Shown here in pieces: positions 51,162-64,000 of a DNA stretch of 64,000 bases (the first letter of the stretch is position 1; each line of letters begins with the position of its first letter). Origin of the DNA: Prorocentrum cordatum (taxonomy: Eukaryota); assembly GCA_963575745.1 (NCBI GenBank), contig CAUYUJ010000225.1:620001-684000 (forward strand), given 5' to 3'. Both the position numbers and the translations under genes were made by a program. Below the pieces are notes generated by a model. It had not been told where the DNA came from, searched no databases, and saw nothing but the letters and a program-made list of their open reading frames with translations.

Positions 51162-51754
51162 CTGGCCGCCGCGGCCGCCCGCGTCGTCGGCGTCGATCCT
51201 CCTCCTCCACCTTCTTGCCCTCCCCCTCCTCCTTGCCCTCCTCCTCCTCCTCCCTGCCCTCCTCCTCCTCCTCCTCCTTGCCCCCCTCCTCCTCCTCCTC
51301 CTCCTCCTCCCTCCTCCTCCTCCTTGCCCTCCTCCTCCTCCTCCTCCTCCTCCTCCTTGCCCTCCTCGTTCTCCGCCTCCTCCTTCTGCTCCTTCTCCTC
51401 CTCCTCCTCGTCCTCCTCTTCCTCCTATTCCTCCTCCTCGCCCTCCGTCCCTTGTTCTTGGTGATACCTATACGACCACCCTTCGGGTGATAAGGACGTT
51501 CGGGGGGGAGAAGCCAGCGTCTCAGTCATTCGATCTCACTATGGATCCCAGTCGATACCTATACGACCACGCTTCAGGTGCTAAGGAGGCTCGGGGAAAC
51601 CAACGTCTCACTCAGTCGATCTCACGATCGCTCTCACTTCGGTCTCACCCCTTCACCTCCGATCTCCTCCCTGTCGCAGCCCCAAATGTGTCAGCAGGAC
51701 GGGCTGGGCGTTTCGCCTGACTTCCTCACCATTAATGACCCTGAAGCTTGAAAT

Positions 51755-52270
51755 GTGCACCAGCTTTACGGATGTAGGGCGGGACGTTTTCAAAATGTGG
51801 CTCTTACCTTAGCGCCGCGCGCATTCGTCTTAAAGGTTTGCAGTAAAGTTCAAGATGCATGGCGGGATATTCAAAATGCGGCTCTCGCCTCAACGCCGCG
51901 CACACTCGTATTAGAATTGTATCAGCTTCACGGATGGGGGGCAGGCGGTTTTCAAAATGTGTGTCTCGCCATACCGCCACGCGCATTCGTCTTACAAGTT
52001 CGCAACAGGTTCAAAGATGGAGGGCGGGACGTTTTCACAAAGTGTTTCTCGCCTTAATGCCACACGCTTTCGTCTGACAAGTTCGCAACAGGTTCAAAGA
52101 TGGAGGGCGGGACGGTTTCAAAACATGTTTCCCGCCTTAGCGCCGCGCACATCTGCCTCAAACGTTCGCAACAGCTTCAAAGATGGAGGGCGGGCGTTTT
52201 CAAAATGTGCCTGTCACACTAGGGACGCGCATATTCGTGTTAAAAGTACGTCGCAGTTTTAAAGGTTCGC
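51755..52270 (-). repeat. ~83-bp tandem array, inverted relative to 49200-49615
   Basis: GATGGAGGGCGGG..TTTTCAAAATGTG..CTCGCCTT..CGCCGCGC.CATTCGT units. Confidence 0.85.
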
Positions 52271-52504
52271 ATGGTTGTTGAAGTGCCAGGATGGTGTTCT
52301 GGCATTCTTTAGGATTGGCAGGGCACAACAGCCACATTGATTCGTGGTGTGAAGTCCCAGGAATGCTATTCTGGCGCTGTGACGGATTGTCAGGACGCAA
52401 GAGTCACGTTGGTTTGCGGCGATGAAGTTCCAAATGTAGCGTTCTGGCGCGATTGCGCAGTGCAGGGGCAAGGCGTCCCGGCGAATCAGGGTGCTTCTTT
52501 CGCC

Positions 52505-53560
52505 TGGACTCGATATCTCGATATCGAAACATTTTGGCATCGGGGCGTGCGGCCGGACGGGGAATCGGTATCTCGGTATCTCGATATCGCGGGCGCGGCC
52601 CGGCGGCGGCTCGCGGCTCGATATCTCCAGGTCTCGATATCGGGGGGCGGGGCTAGGCGGAACTCGATATGTCGATCAAATCTCGATCTCGAGGGAGCGG
52701 CCGGGCGGGGACTCGATGTCTCGATATCGGGGGGCGGGGCCGGGCGGGGACTCGATGTCTCGATATTTGGGGCGGGGTCGGGACATCTCGGTATCCCAGC
52801 TTGTCGACATCCACAGGGCTGCTGTGGAAAAAACATGTGAGACATCGAGATATCGAGCCCCGCTGTCGGATACCGCGGGTTCCGTTCGCCGCGCTGGGGC
52901 GCAAGGCTGTGGGTTTAATGGGCATGTTTCCGCCATGGGCAGAATATGACGCAGGAGGCGATCCATCACGAACTCAGCCTGCCTTTGGTAGTCCACGCAA
53001 ACGTTCTCGTCCTGAGAGGGATGATGAGAAGGAGGAGGAGAGCGAGGAATACGAGGAGGAGGAGGGCCGGTGTAAAACCAAAACGCATCAATGATGTTGC
53101 AAGAAGCTCTCTCTCCAAGGTCCCTCTTCTTAGGGCCATACAAGACTGTATTTCCATTGCGAGAAATGCACCATTGCAAGTCAACCGTCCGAGAATCCTC
53201 AATCGCATTGTGGTCGCAAGGCTTCCCCGTGGGGGTCGGGAGGACTCGAGATCTCGATATCTCGATATCGTGGGCGGGGCTCGGCGATGACTCGATATCT
53301 CGATATCTCGATCTCGGGGGGCGGGGCCAGGTGGAGTCTCGACGTCTCGATATCTCGATATCTCGATATCGGGGGGCGCGGCTGTGCGGGGACTCGACGT
53401 CTCGGTATCGGGGGGCGGGGCTCGACGGGGACTCGATTTGTCGATATTTGGGGCGGGATCGGGACATCTCGGTATCCCAGCTTGTCGACCTCCGCAGTGC
53501 TGCTGTGGAAAAACCGGCTGAGACATCGAGATATAGAGCCCCGCTATCGGATATCGCCGA
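52505..53560 (+). mobile_element. Element built on CTCGATATCTCGATATCG arrays (internal tandem duplication; inverted copy ~56015-56500)
   Basis: Two colinear array blocks (~52505-52875, ~53245-53555); 52905-53330 matches the reverse complement of ~56040-56500. Confidence 0.75.
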
Positions 53561-54339
53561 TTGCATTCGCCGCCCTCCCAAGATCATCGCTCGTCGTCGT
53601 CATCCTGCTGAGTTCCAAAAATTCAAACCCGCCCAGAACAGTCACCAAACGCATCGGGCGACTGTACTGGGGCGGGTGCCTTTTCCAGGCGACGGGGGGA
53701 GACGGGAGGAGAGGAGAGGAGAGGAGAGGGGAGGCCCTCTCCTCCCATCCTCTGCCACGACAACGGCCAGCCGGGCAGGGGATGAGTAGGCGGGGCGCTG
53801 TCAGGTAGCGACGGGGTGAAGGTTGTGTAGACCAAAACCTCCTCACCCCAATATCCTCCAACATACTTTACTGTCTCCATATTTGACAGCTAGACAGCAT
53901 GCATACGGAGAGCAGCATGGTGGACATCGCTAGGCCGCGACATCGATAATACTTATGTTTCAAGTGATCCCTGCCAAGTGCTCATTTTATTGGACATGCG
54001 AGGCGGGCCACTCAGTGACCACTGGGGGCTCTGGGGATCTGGCGGCCGCGGTATGCAGGGTGAACGGGCCGGGAACTCTACACTCTAAATCATTCTACCA
54101 ACCACAGCCTGTCGGGTGGGGAATGCTCTCCCTTCTCGTCCTTCTCCTCCTACTGACCTCCAAAAATTCAAACCCGCCCAAAACAGGCACCAAACGCCTC
54201 CGAAGACAGTTTGGGGGCGGGTGCCTTTTTGGGCGACCAGGGGAGACGGGAGGGAAAGGCAGGAAAAGTGAGGCCTTCTCCGCCTCTTTCACGACAGGCC
54301 TCGGAAAGAAATAGCGAGCACTCATGCCACATTCATCTG

Positions 54340-54459
54340 TGAACGCCTCCCCCTCCCCCTAATGTTCAAAGTTGGCGGTGGGTCTGATGAGTTGCACGTC
54401 GACCGCAGTCTCCCCCGCGCGTGCCAACTTTGAGTTTAGGGGGCAGGGGGGGTGTTCAC
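54340..54459. mobile_element. Small hairpin MITE
   Basis: GTGAACGCCTCCCCCTCCCCCTAA..TCAAAGTTGGC ... GCCAACTTTGAG..TAGGGGGCAGGGGGGGTGTTCAC. Confidence 0.7.
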
Positions 54460-54959
54460 TAATTGTTTCCCTCTAGCAGGCCACGGCTGGCCAGGCAAGG
54501 GATGGGGGAAGAGGGGCGCGGGGCGCCGTCAGGGAGCGACGTGGGCGAAGGCCTTTTGAGACATCGATATCCTGCACCGATATCCAGACGTGTGGATGCC
54601 ACGACGATGGACACCTTAACAGTCCTATCATCGAATTAAAGAGGTGATTTACATATAAGAGAAATGTCCTGAGCATGTTTAACACATGCTTTTTAATGTT
54701 TAAAAACAGTTTTGAAACATTTGCTAGACACCTGGAAATGATTTGGCAACATGCTTCCTCGCCGTTCATCGTCCTCCACAAATCTAGACATCGCGACACC
54801 GAACTAGAACTCGACATCTGCAACAATTTGGCTACATGGCGCGCATCGCTAGGCCAAGATTTTAAGAAAAACACTGCCGTCGACAACATCGAGATTCGAG
54901 TCCCCGCCCTGCCGCGCACGCCGATTTCGAGATATCGGAGAGAGCGTGATCCATCGTCG

Positions 54960-55998
54960 CCTTACTGTGGAAAATTCCCCCCCCCCCCTCTTCCTCCGGA
55001 ACCTGGGGGCCCCCCCCCCTCCGACAATCCCACCCCCCACTGCTGGACCCCCCCCCCTCCCCTCCCCCGGCAAAACCACCCCCCCCTCCCCTAACCCCCC
55101 CTCCCCTCGAAAACCGGGGGGGTCACTACCGGTTCGAACCCCTCCCCCCCCCTCACCGCCAGCAATCGACTCCCAGTCCCTACCACCGTCCGCACCACAT
55201 CCCCCACTGTTGTTCCCAGCGCCACTGTCCTCACTACCACTGTCCCCACTGGTTCCACCACCGTCCCTACTGTCCCCACCAGTGCTCCCACCACTGTCGC
55301 ACTGTCCCCACTGTCCCCACCACTGTTACCGCCACGGTTCCACTCTCCCCACTTTCTCCACGGCCCCAACCACTGCCCGACTATCCCCACTGTCCCCACT
55401 GTCCCATTGACTCCTCCGCTGTCCCACTGAGCTGTCCCACTGTTCCCACCACTGTCCCCACTGTCCACACCACTGTCCCCACTGTACCTCTGTCCCATTG
55501 TCCCACTGCCGTCCTCGCCACCGCCTTCACCACTGTCCCCACCACCACTGTACCCTCCACTGTCCCACTGTTTCCACCACATTCCCACTGTCCCCACACC
55601 ACTGTCCCCTCCACCACCGTCCCCACCACTGTCCCACTGTCCCCACTGTTCCCACCATTGTCCTCACCACTGTCCCCACCACTACCGTCCCCACCACTGT
55701 CCCACTGTTCCCACCACTGTCCCGCTGTCCCCTCACCACTGTCCCCACCACCACCGTCTCCACCACTGTCCGCACCCCCCCCCGGTTTTCGAGGGGGGGG
55801 GGGTTCGAACCGGTAGTGACCCCCCTTCGGTTTTCGAGGGGGGGGGGGTTCGAACCGGTAGTGACCCCCCCCTTTTCATGATGGACTGGGGGTGGGGGAG
55901 GGGTTCGAACCGGTAGTGACCCCCCCCCCGGTTTTCCGGAGGGAGGGGGTGGGGGGGATTCGAACCGGTAGTGACCCCCCTCGGTTTTCCGCCAGCAG
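54960..55998. mobile_element. TIR-type element with subterminal GGTTCGAACCGGTAGTGACCCCC repeats enclosing a CACTGTCCC minisatellite
   Basis: One reversed copy of the motif at ~55115-55141 and four forward copies at ~55800-55980; degenerate tract 55180-55770. Confidence 0.65.
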
Positions 55999-56785
55999 CG
56001 GTAGAACACGCTCTTTCAGATATCGAAGCATCGAGTCCCCGCTTGGTCCCGCCCCCCGAACTCTAGATATCGAGATATCGAGTCATCGCCGAGCCCCGCC
56101 CACGATATCGAGATATCGAGATCTCGAGGCCTCCCGACCCCCACGGGGAAGCCTTGCGACCACAATGCGATTGAGGATTCTCGGACGGTTGACTTGCAGT
56201 GGGGCATTTCCCGCGATTAAAGTACAGTCTTGTAAGGCCCTATAAAGAGGGACCTTGGAGGGAGAGTTTCTTGCAACAGCGTTGATGCGTTTTGGCTTTA
56301 CACTGGCCCCCATCCTCCTCCTCCTCCTCCTCCTCCTCCTCCTCCTCCTCCTCCTCGCCTTCCTCGCTCTCCTCCTGCCCCTCGGGACGAGAACGTTCGC
56401 GTGGACTACCAAAGGCAAGCTGAGAGTTATTGATTGATGCGTCTCCTGCGTCACGCTCTGCCCATGGCGGAAACGTGCCCCTCAAACCAACAGCCTCGCG
56501 CGTGCTCCGTCCTGGCCGCCCCGCTCCTCCGCACGGGCGAACCCCGGACAGCCGAACGCTTCTTCCTCCTGCTGCCCCACCTCGTCCTCCTCCTCCTCCT
56601 CCTCCTCCTCCTCCTCCTGCTCCTCCTACTCCTCCTCCTCCTCCTCCTCTTTCCTCCTCTTTCCTCAATTCAGGCGTTTTCTCCACGTCGGCCACGGGAG
56701 GCCTTCGTCGGGCCCTGGAGCCATCACGAGTGGATCCGGGGCGAAACACTGCGCGGTCAGAGCATGATCGGATGACAGGCACCCT

Positions 56786-56949
56786 TAAAGGGGCCCTGGG
56801 ACACACAAATAAATACACACAAATATAATGATTCCCCATATTTTCCCATATTTTCTGGGTTTCTGCCTTCCCGCCCAATTCCCATATTTTCCAATATGTT
56901 TCCTGGGACTCGACGATTAATTGTGTCTGTGTGTTTCCTTCCCTCCTGA
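56786..56949 (+). mobile_element. Family A short element, copy 10
   Basis: Perfect TSD accct/accct. Confidence 0.9.
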
Positions 56950-57702
56950 ACCCTTCTCTCAATCATTCTTTCTTCACCGACCACGGAACACTTCTGCAGG
57001 CGACCGGACACCGCGGGAGGCGACGGCCGACGGCGTTCAGCATGGGCGGTGACGCGGTCCCTCTCCTACGACGTTGCGCCTTGACCGTGACGTGTGCCCC
57101 CAGGGACCCGAAAACTTTCATGGGGCCGGCTTACCGTCCTGAGTCGTTATTGGCGGTCCTGGGGTCGGAAAACGGCATCCAGAGACCGAACACGTGGAAT
57201 AACTGGCCGTCCTATTTTCGCACGACGCCCAAACCTGAGGGGTGGCGACCCCGAATATCACCCGATGATGTGATCTTTCCCATCCTCGGCCCCCCAAATG
57301 ACTGGACCCTTCCTAGCAGGCAGCTCTTCTTCCTGACTCCTTTCTTGATGGCACCAGGGCTCGACGACGGGTACACTAAGCCGAAGATTACAAGAAAAAC
57401 ACCTGGAGCAAAGAAAAGCCATGCTTCGATGTCTGGCAGTGGGGTGGCGTTCAGGTCTGAACCTCTGGTCGGGCCGATTCGTGCATCCCCAGAACGCTCT
57501 CGCGCTGCATCGCCGACGCATTGCCGATGCACTGGCGATACGTCGGCGACGTCGGCGACGCACTGGCATCGCCAGCGCGGAGAACATTGGGCTCCACATT
57601 GAGCCGCATTGCAGATGCATCGGCGATGCGACGCGATCCTCCGACCCATCTAATGCGGGATGACGATTAATAAAAAAATGGGAGAGAACGATTGAACAAA
57701 TA

Positions 57703-58271
57703 GTCCCACCAGCCCTTTAGGGCGTCGGTGGTTTAACGAGTTTCCTCTTCCACCCCTCCTTTTTCCCCTTCGGGGAGGGGTTTACCCCTCCCCCTACCCC
57801 CTACCCACTGACCTGGACAGGGGGGGCCGCGATCGGTCAGAGCGTCCAAGATCGACCCCTGGGAGGGCTAAAATTCGAACCCCTCACGAGGATCGTGGCT
57901 CCTGAGGGGGGGGCTGAAATTTCGGACCCCCCCTTCGTTGATCGATCTCCTCCAAGATGGCTCCGAGAGACGTTTTGGACCCCCTCTTGGGCCCTGCGCG
58001 CGGGCGGGCGGAACGCCGCCCGCCCGCCCGCAAGGCCCAAGAGCCCACCAAAACGTTCGAATATACTTCCAAGACGCCACCAGGGAAGAGGGAGATGAGG
58101 AGGAAGAGGAGGAGGAGGAGGAGGAGGAGGAGGAGGAGGAGCAGGAGGTGAGGGAGGAGGAGGAGAAGAGGAGGAGGAGAAGGCGGAGGAGGAGGAAGAG
58201 GGGGAGGAGAACAGCTGCCGATCATCGGCGCTCTTCGTTCAAACGCCTGGTGTAGGATGGGCTGGTGGGGA
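57703..58271 (+). mobile_element. Family C TIR element, short copy, TA-flanked (partial copy ~44095-44580)
   Basis: ta|GTCCCACCAGCCC ... GGGCTGGTGGGGA|ta; internal GATCGATCTCCTCCAAGATGG; contains (GGA)n. Confidence 0.7.
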
Positions 58272-60065
58272 TACTTTTTTGTTTTTACAGCCGCGGGCGG
58301 AAGCGCCAGCGGCGACGAGTAACGGTCGGGCTGCGGCCGATACTAATTGGCCGAAGAGCAAATGGCAAACAAATTACCGACGGCTAACGCGCGCGACTAG
58401 GCGGCCGCGGCGGCGCCGGATGCAGCAAGCAGCAACTGCGGCGAGGGTGAGGCAGATCCCAGGGAGAGCCGAACCCAGGGCAGAGCTGCAAGGTGACCCA
58501 GGGACACCCAGGAAGCACCAAATTGCCAAACCTGACGCGCGCTGCCAAAATGGCGCGAACCTGAAGAGGCGCCAGCCGAAGCGTCGCACACCGACAGATC
58601 AAGTAATGACCGCTCAAAGGTAGGTAAACCTGCGTCCCATGAGCAATCATGTGCACCGCGGTCCATGCATAGCATAGCAAGACCTGTGAATACATAGCAA
58701 TGCAACCGAGCAGGATGGACCACACCCAATGCCAAAAATGTACCCAGGGTGCTCGTGCGCAGCCAATGGCGAGTGACACCGGGACAATGAAGGCGGCGCC
58801 AGCGGATGCGACGCACGACCAACAGTCATCCGAAGTGTGCCACCTGTGACACCTGTGGACCTGTTGGCAACGCCAGGAGCCAAGTAGGATAGACCACACC
58901 CGACCGCTGGTGGGGATACGCGAAGCGTCCAGAATTTTCTGCTGTTTCTGCACAACTTTCTGACTGGAGGAGAACGATTAAACAAATAGTTTTCCAGCCC
59001 GCGGCCGGTTTTTTCTAATCGTCATCCCGGGCGCCGCCGCGTGAACACGACCCCCGGTCATTTATTAATCGTCATCCTCCATTACTCTGACCCCATCTAC
59101 GGTCGGGAACTTCTTCTTGGCGTGCCGCCGCGGCGGCCCTGGCGACACGCCAATCATGCCGTGCGAGCGGCTAGCCTTTACCGCCCGTGCCGCGGGGAGG
59201 GAGGCTCGGGGAAGGCCCGAGGCGTGGGAGCCCGCGGGTGCCTGCGAAGCGGATGGCGCGTCGCGCCGAGGCGTGGCTGGCCAGAACCGGCAGAGCGACA
59301 CGCTACCCCGCAGGTCCCGACCGTGGGAGGCCCAGACAGGTGCTCCTGCGACCTCCGACCCCATCAACTCGGAGCCCATCTACTCCGACCCCATCTACAA
59401 GTCTGGCCACACCTCACGACACAGAACGGAGGTCGCGTCGTGTGGATCTTGACCCCGCCTTTCAAGGTCGAGGCCAGCGCATCGAGGTGCACGAGCGGGG
59501 AGGCATCCAGCCAGGAGCCCAGCGCGCCCGTCAACCTTGAAGGGGCCGCGGAACAACGAGTACCCAACGCCTCTCAGCTTTGCAGAGGCCGCTCAACGAT
59601 GACGCATCGTCAAAGTGGTCTGGCGTCGTCTGGTTTATTGCGTCCGGACTTGTGCAGTCGGGGCGCTGAAAGAAGGAACGCCACATAAGAAACGAAGCCC
59701 CATTCGGGCCCTGAAGGCGCCGCCGTGCCCGAGGAGGGCAGGAGGAACAGCGGTGGAGGAGCCCAGGGAACATCGAGCCCCTTCCGAACTCAAAGTGCTC
59801 CTTGTTGAAACGTCTTGACTGTAGGAGGCCGAAACCATTTTTTTCGGATGCCTGGGGCTGAGGGCGATCGGCCACCGGCGGGCGCGCCCGGGCGCGTCGG
59901 CGCTCAGCGGCGGCCCCGCCGCGCGGCGCCGGCGGCCGTGCAGCCCAGGAGCAGCGCGCAGGCGCAGCAGAGGCCGAGGCCGAGGATCGGAGGCGCAGAA
60001 GCGGACACCAACGCCAGTACTGTCCTGCTCCTCCTCCTCCTCCTCCTCCTCCTCCTCCTCCTCCT

Positions 60066-61626
60066 CTACCGCCTCGTCATCCTCATCATCATCAGCAACA
60101 GCAGCATCATCACCATCACCATCACCATTACGATCACCATCACCATCATCGTTATCATCATCCCCACCATCATCATCATCACCATCATACTCATCACCAC
60201 CACCGTCACCGCCACCGCCACCGCCGCAGCCACCACCACCACCATCACCATCATCGTCATCATTGTCATCATCTTCACAATCTTCACCATCGTCATCATC
60301 ATCGCAATCACCATCATCATGATCACCATCATGATCATCATCATCACCACCATCACCATCACCTTCACCATAATCACCATCTTCATCAAAACCACCATCA
60401 TCACCATCATCTTCACAATCACCATCATCAGCATCATCATCAATCACCTCATCACCTCAGAAGTCACCTTGATCTTCATATTCATCTCCATCGCCATCAA
60501 CATCAATCACCAGCACCATGATCATCATCACAATCACCATCACCATCATCATCATCACCATCATCATCACCACCATCACTATCACCATCACCATTATGAT
60601 CACCGACGATCATCATCAGCCGCATCATGATCATCATCATCATCATGATCATCACCATCATCATCATAGGCAGCAGCAGGACCATCACCATCACCATCAC
60701 CATCATCATCATCGTCATCATCTTCATCAGCAGCATCATCAAAATCACCATCATCGTCATCATTGTCATCATCGTCAGCATCATCACCATCATCATCATC
60801 ACCATCATCATCACCACCATCAACACCATCACCACCACCACCGTCACCACCACAGCCGCGCCCACCATCAGCATCATCATCATCAGCATCGTCATCTTCA
60901 CCAGCGTCATCACCATCACCATCACATACCATCTCCATCATTATCATCACCATCATGATTGGCTTCATCGCCATCGTCATCATCATCATCATCAGCATCA
61001 ACTTCAACATAATCATCACCATCATCATCTTCATCTTCACCTTCATCATCACGATCACCACCGTCACCACCATCATCATATTCTTTTTCCTCATCAGCAT
61101 CATCATAACCACCATCACCATCACCATCATTATCACAAACACCATCATAATTACCACCACCATCACCATCACCATCAGCCTCACCGTAACCATCATCACC
61201 ACCATCTCCTTCATCACCATCACCATCACCGTCACCATCATCATCATCATCATCACCAGCAGCAACATCACCACCATAGGCAGAAGCAGCATCATCACCA
61301 TCATCATCATCATTACCATCACCATCAACATCATCGTCATCGTCATCTCCGATATCATCATCATCATCATCATCATCACCACCACCGTCACCACCACCAC
61401 CACCATCATCATCATCATCGTCATCATCATCGTCTGCACCATCGTCATTTTCATTTTCATCACCATCACCATCACCATCGTCACCATCTCCATCGTCATC
61501 ACCATCACCATCACCATCACCGTCATCATTATCACCATCATCATCACCAGTACCATCATCATCACCAACACCGTCATCACCACCAGCAGCAACACCACCA
61601 TAGGCAGAAGCAGCATCATCACGATC

Positions 61627-61673
<47 letters not shown>

Positions 61674-62618
61674 TACCACCACCATCAACATCATCGTCAT
61701 CATCATCCCTGACATCACCATCACCATCACCACTGTCACCACCACCACGGCCACCATCATCATCATTACCATCGCCATCAACATCGTCTTCACCATCGTG
61801 ATCATCATTACCAACATCGCCATCACCATCACCATCACCATCACCATCGTCATCATCTCCATCATCATCACCATCACGATCACCATCACCGTCATCATTA
61901 TCACCATCACCATCATCATCACCAGTACCATCATCATCACAATCATCACCATCTACATTATCATCACCATCATCACCATCGTCATCATCATCTTCATCTT
62001 CATCTTCATCATCATCATCATCATCATCATTACCACCATCATCATCACCATCACCATCACCGTCACAATCATCATCATCACCATCATCATCAGCATCACC
62101 ATTACCACCATCAGCATCACCATCACCATTAAGAGTATCATCATGATATTCATCGTAATAATCATGATAATCATAATCATAATCACCATCACCTTCACCT
62201 CGTCATCACCGTCATCATCTTCATCTTGATTGTCATCATCATCACCATGACCATTACCACCACCACAGCATCATCCCCACAATCATAATCACCATCATTA
62301 TCAACAGCATCATCATCATCATCATCACTACCACCGTCGCCACAGCCACCGCCACCATCATCATCAGTATCTTCACCATCATCACCATCACAATCCCCAT
62401 CACCAACACCATCATCATCATCATCATCATCATCATCACCATCACCATCACCATCATCATCATCACCATCATCATCATTATCATCATCACCACCGTCACC
62501 ACCATCATCGCCACCTCCACCGTCACGACAACCAGCGTCACAACCACGACCGCCATCATCACCATCACCATCACCATCACCACCATCATCATCATCATCA
62601 TCATCATCATCTTCATCA
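60066..62618. repeat. 2.5-kb degenerate (CAT/CAC)n tract with higher-order duplications
   Basis: Direct reading; marker CATAGGCAG recurs at ~60665, 61276, 61599. Confidence 0.95.
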
Positions 62619-62693
62619 CCCCGCCTTCCCTCCCTCCCTCCCTCCCTCCCTCCCCCTCCTCCCCTCCCCCCCTCCCTCCCTTCATCTACCCCT

Positions 62694-63177
62694 TTACCTC
62701 CCCGCCGCTCGAGGGGGCATGGGAAGCACTGCGGCGTGGCCATGGGCCCCCTCGGTGCCCGTGCGCGGGGCGGCAGGCTCGGCAAGGCTCGGGACGTCGG
62801 GGGCGGGGACGTGGACAGCGGGCCGCGCCGAGACGTGGCGCTCCGGCGCCAGCGAAGCGACACGCTCAGCCGTGCTGCCCCCGCCGCGGGGAGCTGCTCC
62901 CGATCCCGGGGCCCCGGCGGCAGCACTCGGGCCCGAAGACTCCCGCCAGCACCAGGCTCCGGGATCGCCTTCCCCGGGTGGAGCGCCGGCGCGCCGAGAG
63001 GGGAACACAGAGGGGGGGGGGGCCCTCGGAGGGCTCGGAAGGCCTCCGGCCTGCTCGAGAGCCTCCTGAGCCTGCTCGGAAGCCCCGCCGCCTTCCGAGA
63101 GGGCGCGGCCCCTCTCGCTTCCCCCCTCGGCGCGCCGCCCAGCCAAGCAGCGCCAGTCGGCGACAGGCAAGAGTGAC
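62694..63177 (-). CDS. Possible exon(s) of an unknown low-complexity protein
   Basis: AAG|G acceptor at 63177, open GC-rich frame, possible CAG|GC donor at 63051; no domain recognised. Confidence 0.2.
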
Positions 63178-63554
63178 CTTTGGTGGGCTTTTGGGGGGCC
63201 GCGGGGGGCCAAAAACGAGCGCGCAAGACGCTACTATCGCAATCGCGCTCGGCGGCCGGGGGGCGTCAATGGGCCCGCACCAAAGGCCATTCCGGCGAAG
63301 GGTCACTCTTACGTGTAGTCGAGCCAGGAGAGGAGGAGGAGGAGGAGGAGGAGGAGGAGGAGGAGGAGGAGGAGGAGGAGGAGGAAGAGGTTTTCTGGGT
63401 TTCTCGGTCACGACGAGCTGCGCTGAAAATGACAGGGCAGAAGGCCAGCACTGTAAAAGAAAAATAGCGCAAGATGCAGCATGCATTGCACGGCAGACTA
63501 CAACAGCAGAGCAAAACGCCAGGCCCACCCTTTCAGCCAGGGCCAGTCGCAAGG

Positions 63555-64000
63555 CTAATGCTGCCTGGCACGTCGCACGGGCGTTGGGCGATCTGTGTTC
63601 GCCCCAAGCCGTTCGCCGTTGGGCCCCCTGCCCTGGAGCAGGTACCTACGTTTGTAGTACCTGCTCGATCCAGGGGCAGGGAGCCCAATGCATGGCTTAG
63701 AGATCATGTGCGCCCGCGTGTCGCAGCGCGCGGCGCATGTTGCACAAAACACCATCTGGCCTGTGCGCCAGAGGTGGTGTGTAGTGTGCGCGACTCTAAC
63801 GCCAATCGGTAGGCCCTGGCATGGCTGTGCCAACAGGCCTCGCTCAGTGTGGCGGCTGCGGCCACATTGATCGCAGCACCATCGCAGGCCTCGCTTAACA
63901 ATGAGGTGCCCGCGCGCGTCAGGCTTTTGCCTTTCGCGCATGGGCCCATCAAAGGAAATAGGGTCAGCGTCGGCGAAGTTGCAGCGCGCGCATCGTCGCA
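63555..64000 (-). mobile_element. 3' end of a LINE-like ORF2 with repeated H-x-CxxC-x-PC zinc-binding motifs (runs off window)
   Basis: GHLIVKRGLRWCCDQCG...LAQPC; HHLWRTGQMVFCATCAARC...ISKPC...RYLLQGRGP; intronless; this pattern is recalled from C-termini of dinoflagellate LINE proteins. Confidence 0.6.

Noticed and set aside
54000..54030. GHSVTTG, similar to the Deltex GxSxTTG motif
   Set aside because: It is on the opposite strand to the Deltex exons and has no surrounding similarity.
58208..58258. ILHQAFERRAPMIGS on the minus strand, reminiscent of Deltex AF.RRL.F.IG.S
   Set aside because: It lies inside the end of a family C element, the spacing is wrong, and there is no in-phase donor.
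59904..59990. Possible terminal exon ILGLGLCCACALLLGCTAAGAARRGRR* with a UTR-like region downstream
   Set aside because: No acceptor AG or linked exon could be assigned; too weak to call.

Overview
This is eukaryotic, GC-rich, extremely repeat-dense DNA. It is most consistent with a dinoflagellate (Prorocentrum-like): short exons, multi-kb introns, GC- and GA-type donors, AG|G acceptors, and all recognisable genes on one strand. The taxon is inferred, not proven. No operon, rRNA, tRNA or CRISPR array was seen, and almost all ORF-track entries are artefacts of GC content or trinucleotide repeats. Two spliced genes can be rebuilt by hand on the minus strand. (1) An RNI-like leucine-rich-repeat protein has phase-compatible exons at about 30851-30986, 23373-23513, 20758-20849, 18698-19048, 15565-15726 and possibly 7087-7243. 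(2) The last two exons of a Deltex C-terminal-domain protein (51098-51161 and 46053-46097; ...GHGYPDPGYFRRSLE|ELKANGVTIADLPV*) are joined by a 5,000-nt GA-AG intron. The rest is nested short transposable elements, decayed LINE fragments and about 30 microsatellite tracts. The most striking pattern is an unclassified ~165-bp element with 5-bp target-site duplications and asymmetric ends. It occurs 10 times, always in the same orientation, and begins TCAG|GA (a dinoflagellate-type donor) in the gene-sense direction. Several other repeat families are also co-oriented. Some (GGA)n tracts look inserted de novo rather than expanded from a seed. All coordinates were read by eye; those of degenerate repeats are approximate.
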